From Candidatus Sungiibacteriota bacterium (GTDB lineage Bacteria; Patescibacteriota; Minisyncoccia; Sungbacterales; JACQCQ01), in NCBI GenBank assembly GCA_016201505.1, contig JACQCQ010000009.1, forward strand, positions 1,991-65,990: DNA of 64,000 bases. Reading direction: 5' to 3'. Below the pieces are notes generated by a model. The model was not told where the DNA came from, did not search any database, and saw nothing but the letters and a program-made list of their open reading frames with translations. The position numbers were made by a program, and so were the translations under genes. Below are positions 56,802 through 64,000 of this stretch, piece after piece. Position 1 is the stretch's first letter. Every line of letters begins with the position of its first letter.

Positions 56802-57244
56802 TCCCGTTAGAGAATGAATCAGAGACTACATTTCGAACATGAAACTCACGACACATAAAGACATGAGACCAGCAACAGAGTTAGTAGTTAATTCTCTAAC
56901 GGGATGAATCCCGTTAGAGAATGAATCAGAGACTACATTTCGAACATGAAACTCACGACACATAAAGACATGAGACCAGCAACAGAGTTATTAGTTAATT
57001 CTCTAACGGGATGAATCCCGTTAGAAGCCGTGATCGTCGAAAGATCAAAAACAATGTGACGCCGGATAAATTAGATAATTTAATGCAGACTCCGCGTAGG
57101 GTCGCGATCCCGCTACCACAAAGCCTTCATGGATTTGACTACGGGACAAGCCTAACTATGACAGACTTACTATTCACTACGGCTCACCCCGTAGTCACCG
57201 AGCACGCGAGGTGTACTACCGGGGTCTCTCTCTAACGGGATGAA
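56802..57244 (+). repeat. Head-to-tail array of three CCCGTTAGA elements (107, 107 and 229 bp) at the gpmI start codon
   Basis: Junction TCTAACGGGATGAATCCCGTTAGA occurs twice; units 1 and 2 differ at one base. Confidence 0.92.
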
Positions 57245-58844
57245 AGCCTATAAACCCGTCGTACTCATCGTCATGGATGGATTCGGCGTTTCCTTGGAAG
57301 AAAAAGGCAATCCCGTCGCGCTCGCCAAAAAACCGACGCTGGATTTATTTGACGCCAATTTTCCCATGACGACACTGCAGGCTTCAGGCGTCGCCGTCGG
57401 GCTGCCCTGGGGCGAGGCGGGAAACTCGGAGGTCGGCCATTTAACCATGGGCACCGGCCGCATCAACTATCATCACCTGCCGCGGATTATCTACTCGATT
57501 CGTGACGGCAGTTTTTTTGAAAATCCGGCCTTTCTGCACGCCGCCGAGCACGTTAAAAAAAATAATTCAAAACTGCATATCATTGGGCTTGTTTCATCCG
57601 GCTCGGTCCACAGCTACATCGATCATCTGTATGCACTGTTAAAATTTGTTGAACTGCAGGGTCTTGCGCAGGCATTTTTGCACGTTATTACCGATGGCAA
57701 AGATTCTCCGCCGCAGGAAGGCGTTAAATTTTTAGCGCAACTTGAAGAAAGAATGATTAAAGAATTTCCGCAGACGAAAATCGCCTCAGTTGTCGGCCGA
57801 TTTTTTGCCATGGACCGCGATGAAAAATGGGATCGGATTGAGAAAGCTTATCAGTTGTGGACCGAAGCCAAAGGCAGTCCGATAACGAATATATCCGAGT
57901 ATGTATCGAGCGAATACCAAAACGGGCGCAGTGACGAATTTGTTGAACCCGGCTATGTCGCGCCAAATAATGCTCCCTTGGCTACGATCCACGACGGCGA
58001 CGCAGCCATTATTTTTAACTTCCGTGAGGATTCAGTCAGAGAAATTTCGCATGCCCTTATTGACCAGGTTTTTGATCGCTTCCCGCGAACGCAGGTCGCC
58101 GATTTATTTTTGGCGACGATGACGATGTATGAAGATTCACTCGCCGCCGAAGCGGCGTTTCCGCCGCTTCAGGTCAGTTATCCGCTCGCCCGCGTCATTT
58201 CGGACGCCGGCCTGCGGCAACTCCATATTGCCGAAACGGAAAAATACGCGCATGTAACCTATTTTTTCAATGGCGGGCGTGAAAAACCGTTTCCCAGCGA
58301 AGAACGCATACTCGTCTCCTCGATTTCGACCGCCCATTTTGATGAAGTACCCGAGATGAAAGCGGCCGATATTACAGCCAAAGTTATTGCCGAGCTCCCG
58401 CGGCATGATTTTGTCTTGGTTAATTTTGCTAACGCCGATGTGGTGGGCCATTCCGGCAATCAAGCAGCGGCCATCAAGGCAGTTGAGTCGGTTGATCGCT
58501 GTATCGGCGAAATTTATGAGGCGGTCGCGCGTGAGGGCGGCGTTTTAGTGGTCACCGGAGACCACGGCAACGTCGAGGCCAAACGCAACCTGCTGACGGG
58601 CGAGCGGCTGACCGAGCACTCATTAAATCCCGTACCGTTCTATTTAGTCGGGGCAGACTTTCGTGTTTCAGTGGCCCGCTCTCGCGATGAAGTGATCAAA
58701 CAGAAGAAAGAAACCGGCGGCATTTTAACCGATGTGGCGCCGACCATCATTGAGCTGATGGGATTAAAAAAGCCGCTTGAGATGACGGGAAGCTCGTTGC
58801 TACCCATGCTGATCTCACAGCACTTTGTTCACCCCGTTAGTTGA
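57240..58844 (+). CDS. gpmI: 2,3-bisphosphoglycerate-independent phosphoglycerate mutase
   Basis: LIVMDGFG, GNSEVGH, AETEKYAHVT, TGDHGN. Confidence 0.97.
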   Translation: MKAYKPVVLIVMDGFGVSLEEKGNPVALAKKPTLDLFDANFPMTTLQASGVAVGLPWGEAGNSEVGHLTMGTGRINYHHLPRIIYSIRDGSFFENPAFLHAAEHVKKNNSKLHIIGLVSSGSVHSYIDHLYALLKFVELQGLAQAFLHVITDGKDSPPQEGVKFLAQLEERMIKEFPQTKIASVVGRFFAMDRDEKWDRIEKAYQLWTEAKGSPITNISEYVSSEYQNGRSDEFVEPGYVAPNNAPLATIHDGDAAIIFNFREDSVREISHALIDQVFDRFPRTQVADLFLATMTMYEDSLAAEAAFPPLQVSYPLARVISDAGLRQLHIAETEKYAHVTYFFNGGREKPFPSEERILVSSISTAHFDEVPEMKAADITAKVIAELPRHDFVLVNFANADVVGHSGNQAAAIKAVESVDRCIGEIYEAVAREGGVLVVTGDHGNVEAKRNLLTGERLTEHSLNPVPFYLVGADFRVSVARSRDEVIKQKKETGGILTDVAPTIIELMGLKKPLEMTGSSLLPMLISQHFVHPVS

Positions 58845-58914
58845 TTTATAGCAGTGAAACTAATCTTAACAGGGATCTATTCAAGCCTAAGGTCAGATCA
58901 ACTGACGGGGCAAG
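58828..58914. mobile_element. CCCGTTAG-type element supplying the gpmI stop codon
   Basis: TTCA-CCCCGTTAGTTGAT...ATCAACTGACGGGG-CAAG. Confidence 0.8.
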
Positions 58915-59103
58915 CCCATTACGCGGATAGGAGGCGATCAAACACGAGCGCACGGTGGGAAAGTTCTTGCTAGATTCCGTATAAGTCGAGCTCCGGTAAC
59001 ACAGAAGAATTCGCCCCCCGCTTTTTACATAATTCTCGCAACCAAAAAACTTCTCCGACGAATGTCGGAGAAGTTTTTTGGGTTTTGTTTTCTGTTTTTT
59101 TAT

Positions 59104-59269
59104 CCCCCGCCGCAGAAGACCACAGGCGTCAGCCTATGGCTGAATGCAAAAATAAGTAAGTATTTCCATGTGAGCTTCAATGCGTATGCGCTGGGGGATT
59201 CCGCCGATCTCGCATTTCGCCCGAGGGCGAAATGCGAGATACCACGGCCGTAGGGCCGTGGCGGCTTCA
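59104..59269 (+). mobile_element. Non-autonomous IS200/IS605-like element, copy 2
   Basis: Follows TTTAT; ends homologous to 3971-4241; terminal TTCA overlaps the clpP stop. Confidence 0.65.
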
Positions 59270-59893
59270 TTTCTCTTTCTCCGTTTTCTTTCCGCTGCGC
59301 TGGATGATTTCATCAATGATGCCGTATTTTAAGGCTTCCTCGGTATTCATCCAGTAGTCCCGCTCGGTATCAGCTTCAACTTTTTTCAAATTCTGTCCGG
59401 TGTGATGCGCCAGAACTTCGTTGGTCTTTTGTTTCATCTTTAAAATCTGGCGCGCGGCGATTTCGATTTCGGTGGCTTGGCCCTCCGCTCCGCCCATCAC
59501 CTGATGAATTAAGATTTGCGAATTGGGCAGTGAAAAACGCTTGCCCTTTTTCCCGGCGGCCAGTAGCAGTGCTGCAGCCGAAGCCGCAGTGCCGACAACG
59601 ATTGTGGCTACATCCGGTTTTACATACTGCATGGTGTCGTAGATCGCCATGGCGGCATAGACCGACCCGCCGGGGGAATTGATGTAAAGTTTGATGTCGT
59701 TTTTGATGTCCTGCGCCTCTAAAAATAAGAGTTGGGCAATCACGGTGTTCGCCACGGCATCATTGATCGGCCCGCCGAGGAATATAATGTTGTCTTTTAG
59801 GAGGCGCGAATAAATATCATAGGCGCGCTCGCCAAACTGCGACTTTTCAATCACGGTCGGGATTAAATATTGTCCGTAGGGTTCTTGGGTCAT
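59267..59893 (-). CDS. clpP: ATP-dependent Clp protease proteolytic subunit
   Basis: [26 protein letters not shown]. Confidence 0.97.
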   Translation of the reverse strand: MTQEPYGQYLIPTVIEKSQFGERAYDIYSRLLKDNIIFLGGPINDAVANTVIAQLLFLEAQDIKNDIKLYINSPGGSVYAAMAIYDTMQYVKPDVATIVVGTAASAAALLLAAGKKGKRFSLPNSQILIHQVMGGAEGQATEIEIAARQILKMKQKTNEVLAHHTGQNLKKVEADTERDYWMNTEEALKYGIIDEIIQRSGKKTEKEK

Positions 59894-60009
59894 GAGAATA
59901 GTCTTCGATGTATCAGTATAATCGCAACTTCTTTTTAAATCAAGGAGATTTTCAATCAGGGGCATGACCATAGTCAGTTCATTCTCATATTCTCAAGAAT
60001 ATGAGAATT

Positions 60010-61293
60010 CTATTCGAGCCCTTCTAGATATTGAAACACCAATTCATTCCGGCGAATCCCTCGCGCATAGCTGCGAAGGGCTTGAGGCTCAACTTGCTTT
60101 TTGGCTTCCTCGGGGGACTTAAATCGCGAAAGGATGGCCTGCATTTCTTCATCGACATCTTCCTTGGCCGGATCTAAGTGCTGGGCTTCGGCAATTTTCC
60201 GTAGCACTAAAGCAATTTTTACCCTGCGCTCGGCATCCGGCCGCATGTCTTTTTTCAGCACCTCCTCGGTTTTTTTAAGATGCGAAAGATAATCATCGTA
60301 TTTTAGTCCCATAGACTCGATACTCTCGCGGAGCTCGGCCAGCATTTTCTCCAATTCCTGCGCGACCATGACTTCCGGGATTACGATGCTGACTTCTGTG
60401 GCAATCGAGTCCAAGATGCGAACGCGAATCCGATCCTTTTCTTTTATTTTTTTCTCCTCGCCGATACCCTCATGGACGCTCTGACGCATCTCATCCATCG
60501 AGTTAAATCTACCGATTGTTTTGGCAAAGTCATCATTTAATTCAGGCAGGATCTTTTCCTTGATTTCATTCATGCGGACGGAAAAATCCATCTTTTTGCC
60601 GCGGAGTGCTGCTTGCGCGTGCGACTCCGGAACGAGAAGCGAGAATTTTTTTTCATCCCCGACCTGCATGCCGATCAGCGCCTCTTCAAATCCGGGAACC
60701 ATTGTGCCTTTGCCGATGGTGAGCGGATGATTTTTGGATGGTTCAGAAATTGGCGAGTCGCCATCACTCATCTCAAAATCAATTTCAACGTCGTCGCCTT
60801 CGCGCGCCGGTCGTGAGACGAGTTTTAATTCGCCACGTTCTTCCTGCAGCCAGCGCAAGGCCTCATCAATTTCTTTTTCTTCAACGTTCGGGGCTATTTT
60901 TGTTTTTAAAACTTTCTTTGCGATTGATTCAACATCGGGCAGTGAAAATTCCGGCACGAGGGCGGATTTCAAACTAAATTCGAGCGGATTTCCCGGCGCT
61001 AACTTTTTAACCGAGACCTCGGGGCGCCCAACAAGCTTTAATGTATGCTCGGCAATAATCTGCGGCATCACACCGTTTACGGCAAAGGGCACCGCGCGCT
61101 CCAAAATCGCCGCTTCGCCGTAGCGCTCTTTTAACACCTGGTAGCTGGCTTTCCCCGGGCGAAACCCTTCAATCGGCCGCTCCTTCGATAATTCTTCGGC
61201 GGCGCGCGCGAGATAGGGTTTTAGTTCGTCGGGTGAGAGCTCGACGGCGATTGTTACTGTTGAGTCAGAATTTTTCGTGACCTTGGTTTGCAT
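60010..61293 (-). CDS. tig: Trigger factor
   Basis: GFRPGKA, PGFEEALIGM, PELNDDFAK; upstream of clpP. Confidence 0.96.
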   Translation of the reverse strand: MQTKVTKNSDSTVTIAVELSPDELKPYLARAAEELSKERPIEGFRPGKASYQVLKERYGEAAILERAVPFAVNGVMPQIIAEHTLKLVGRPEVSVKKLAPGNPLEFSLKSALVPEFSLPDVESIAKKVLKTKIAPNVEEKEIDEALRWLQEERGELKLVSRPAREGDDVEIDFEMSDGDSPISEPSKNHPLTIGKGTMVPGFEEALIGMQVGDEKKFSLLVPESHAQAALRGKKMDFSVRMNEIKEKILPELNDDFAKTIGRFNSMDEMRQSVHEGIGEEKKIKEKDRIRVRILDSIATEVSIVIPEVMVAQELEKMLAELRESIESMGLKYDDYLSHLKKTEEVLKKDMRPDAERRVKIALVLRKIAEAQHLDPAKEDVDEEMQAILSRFKSPEEAKKQVEPQALRSYARGIRRNELVFQYLEGLE

Positions 61294-61378
61294 ACAAATT
61301 GATCTGCTGGAGTATAACGAAGAATGGAAGAGATAGAAAGGCGCGGCCCCGAAGGGGCCGCGCCGTGCCGCGCGCACG

Positions 61379-61930
61379 TTAGCGGAGATCTAGCCCGGCG
61401 AGCTCGCGCGTCTCATCTCCCCGCAGCTGAAAGATCTGGGAAAACGATTGCTCGCTCTCGCGGCTTCGAGGAGTATCCGGCGGGATGAAGGCGTCGCGGA
61501 TCCATTGAAAGTGACCCTTCAAAATTCCGCGATCTTTTTCACAAGAGGGGTGGTGGATCTCGCCCCGCCAGGCGCGAACAAGCTCGGTGCCGGCGGCAAA
61601 CAAAATTGAGGTGCGTTTTTTCAATGCCTCGGACTCTGGAACGCCGACGATATGATTCCAGAAAAAGTCTCGCGGGACCTCCTGCTCGCCTTCAGCGGCG
61701 TAGCGCTCCATCTCGCGCGCAAGCGCGAGGGCGGCTTGATACTGCACGGCCTTCTCGAATCCTTCGCAGGATTTTCCCGCGCGAGGGAAATAATCCGCGG
61801 TTGCCCGATAGACCGTCCGGAAGAGAAGCACATTTTCATATGACCTCTGCGAGACGACGATGAAGGCGGAGGCGGAAATCGGCCCGAAACCAAAAGAACA
61901 AACGAGGAGCAGGATTAGCCATCGCGTCAT
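61379..61930 (-). CDS. Hypothetical secreted protein
   Basis: AAGGAGGT SD, signal peptide. Confidence 0.6.
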   Translation of the reverse strand: MTRWLILLLVCSFGFGPISASAFIVVSQRSYENVLLFRTVYRATADYFPRAGKSCEGFEKAVQYQAALALAREMERYAAEGEQEVPRDFFWNHIVGVPESEALKKRTSILFAAGTELVRAWRGEIHHPSCEKDRGILKGHFQWIRDAFIPPDTPRSRESEQSFSQIFQLRGDETRELAGLDLR

Positions 61931-62056
61931 CGCGAACCTCCTTTCTCAACGTGTATCCATTCAATTCGAGAATGAAAAAATCCGCAAGGCTTACAAAATC
62001 TAATGTTTGTGCTACCATCGGCTTGGTTTTTTAAGACACATATCAGGGAGGGAAGC

Positions 62057-63409
62057 ATGCTTCCACGCTATACCCGGCCGCCGTTTGATCAGCTCTGGTC
62101 CGAAGAGGCGAAATTCCGCCGCTGGCTCAATGTAGAGATGGCAATCATAAGTGCCCGGGCGAAGCTCGACGATCTTTCTCCAACGATCGCCGGTCGCATT
62201 AAGAACCATTTTCGGTTCCTGGAAATCAACTCGAATGTCGTTTGGCAAATTGAAGCGATCGAGGTTGAGCTCGTGCATGACATGAACGCCTTCATCGTGG
62301 CCATGCGGGAGACGATGACGGGCGACCTCGAGCCTCACCGCGGTGAATTCCACAAAGGAGTTACCTCCTACGACATTGAAGATCCCGCCTTTATCCTGGC
62401 GTTGCGCCTCGCCGCCGGCTGCATCCTCGACAACGTAAGGGCGCTCCACCAAGCACTGCAAAAAAAGTCCTACGAGCATCGCTCGACACTCATGATCGGC
62501 CGAACGCATGGACAATACGCAGTGCCGGACACTTTCGGCCGATTACTCCGGACATTCGCCGAGGCACTCCGGAAGGACATCCAGGCGATCGAGCGATCGG
62601 TGGCCTACGACCTTTCGGAGGGGAAGATCTCAGGCGCCATCGGAAACTACGGCGACATGGATCCGCAGATAGAAGAGTTAGCACTCGCAGAGCTCGGCCT
62701 GCAGGCGGCGATCTGCGAGACGCAGATTCTGCATCGCGGCAGACATTTCAGCTTCATGGCGGCGCTTGCTAGGGCCGCAGGCACGATCGCCGGAATGGCA
62801 AAAACGTTCTGGCCCATGATGCGGAGCGATGTCGGCGAGTTGGAAGAGCCGCGAAAGTCAAAACAGCGCGGATCGTCCACCATGTCGCAGAAGAAAAATC
62901 CGATCAAGGTCGAGCAGATGGATGATGGAATTCCGCGGTTGTTTGCCGGTTACCTCGCGGCGGCATTCGCCAACATCGGCTCGCGCGAGGGGCGTGATAT
63001 TTCGCAATCCATAGTTGAGCGGCACATCTGGCCTGACGCCACGTCCCTCATCTACTATATGGCCGAAACGATGACGAGGGTCGTCGATGGTCTCGTCGTC
63101 CACGCCGACGATATGTATCAAAGGTTGGAAGTTGAGACGCGAGGCGTTTGGGCGGCCGAGCGAGTTAGGCTCGCGCTCGTTGATGCGGGCGTTGACCCGA
63201 ATCTCGCCTACGACTACACGCAAGCAGTTTCCTTCGAGGCCACGAAGACAAAAAAGCAACTTTACGTTCTGCTTCAAACTCGAGCCTTGAAGAGCGATGA
63301 TCATCGCACTGCTTATGAGATCCTGGGGGAAGAAAAGCTCGTTTGGTGTTTCGACGCGAGAGGCTACGTCGCCAACGGCGTGAAGCACATCTTCGGTAGT
63401 GACGAGTAA
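62057..63409 (+). CDS. purB: Adenylosuccinate lyase (divergent)
   Basis: MLPRY, HD, H.GVTSYD, GRTHGQ.A, GSSTMSQKKNP. Confidence 0.88.
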   Translation: MLPRYTRPPFDQLWSEEAKFRRWLNVEMAIISARAKLDDLSPTIAGRIKNHFRFLEINSNVVWQIEAIEVELVHDMNAFIVAMRETMTGDLEPHRGEFHKGVTSYDIEDPAFILALRLAAGCILDNVRALHQALQKKSYEHRSTLMIGRTHGQYAVPDTFGRLLRTFAEALRKDIQAIERSVAYDLSEGKISGAIGNYGDMDPQIEELALAELGLQAAICETQILHRGRHFSFMAALARAAGTIAGMAKTFWPMMRSDVGELEEPRKSKQRGSSTMSQKKNPIKVEQMDDGIPRLFAGYLAAAFANIGSREGRDISQSIVERHIWPDATSLIYYMAETMTRVVDGLVVHADDMYQRLEVETRGVWAAERVRLALVDAGVDPNLAYDYTQAVSFEATKTKKQLYVLLQTRALKSDDHRTAYEILGEEKLVWCFDARGYVANGVKHIFGSDE

Positions 63410-64000
63410 CATACCCAGCACTTTGTTTGCGACAGCAAACAAAGTGCTGGGCTCTTTCGTTTTTGAGCAAATTTAAAACTTTTATGAAAACAAAAACACC
63501 TTGGAGAGCGATGCGAGAGGAGATACTTTCAAATGAAAGAACATTCGCACCGCTCTCTAAGGTGTCACTGGATTCTTTTTCGCGACATTCTCACATTCTC
63601 AAGAATGTTGGAATGTCATAAATTGTTTTTATATTCTCTAATTCCTGCCTGCTGGCAGGCAGGCGCGCGAATAAGCGAATGGACAAATCACGCGTGACTT
63701 TTATTCTAATGTTCTTAAGAACTTGAGAATAAAGAATCTTTTTGCTACTTCTCAAAGTCCGCGAATCAAGTCGTGAGCTTAGTTGAAGCACGAGGTGCGT
63801 CTTGCGAACTTCGCAAGACGCACCTCGTTTTCGCGTGCCTCGTCCGAGGCTTCCCGCCGCGAAGCGGTTCGGTTCTCTTTGGCGTAGATTGTGGCAGGGC
63901 TCTACGCTCACCAAAACCGAAAAAGGATTTGCCAGCCCCAGGAAGATATTTTTAGTCTTGGTGATCTCGCCGTCTTCCCCGACGAGGCCAAGTGTTTTCA

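Noticed and set aside
56797-57244. CRISPR array
   Set aside because: Only two full junction repeats; spacers are over 80 nt, two are near-identical, and no cas genes are present. Stacked insertion elements explain it better.
58915-59035. tmRNA or other ncRNA on the minus strand (GGGGGGCGAA start)
   Set aside because: No matching T-arm, acceptor 3-prime end or tag peptide found.
1-64000. Alternative genetic code with UGA read as Gly or Trp
   Set aside because: Conserved genes (acyP, hsp20, clpP) end at TGA at the expected length and no in-frame TGA interrupts housekeeping ORFs.

Overview
This looks like a chromosomal segment of a reduced-genome bacterium, most likely Patescibacteria/CPR (Parcubacteria-like). 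That assignment is inferred from VirB2/TrbC-like pilin repeats, a PaaX/Cas2-like gene, tRNA-Ile(UAU), tRNA-Arg(GCG) and leaderless genes. It carries housekeeping genes (valS, tsaD, recG, ftsH, rpsA, intein-containing gyrA, rpmG, rplJ, rplL, hup, rny, gpmI, clpP, tig, purB, uppS, mltG), 9 intact tRNAs, a probable 6S RNA, an L10 leader, a DsbA/VKOR cluster, a decayed serine-recombinase island with hicBA, and many GC-rich orphan genes. The most striking structure is non-coding: a superfamily of roughly 30-230 bp hairpin insertion elements with terminal inverted repeats (main family CCCGTTAGA...TCTAACGGG) plus a YRRR tetranucleotide tail, about 15 copies with variable interiors. They sit at start and stop codons, stack as a 3-unit array at the gpmI start codon, and in two places interrupt a tRNA gene while carrying an intact tRNA of apparently the same isotype (Leu inside Leu, Val inside Val). 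Separately, three small genes (four-helix-bundle, LAGLIDADG, PaaX/Cas2-like) are each bracketed by their own inverted repeats, two of them with empty or remnant relatives elsewhere. IS200/IS605-like non-autonomous elements and in-frame palindromic insertions in tsaD, valS and recG are also present. No transposase and no CRISPR array was found. All calls come from reading the sequence; no searches were run.
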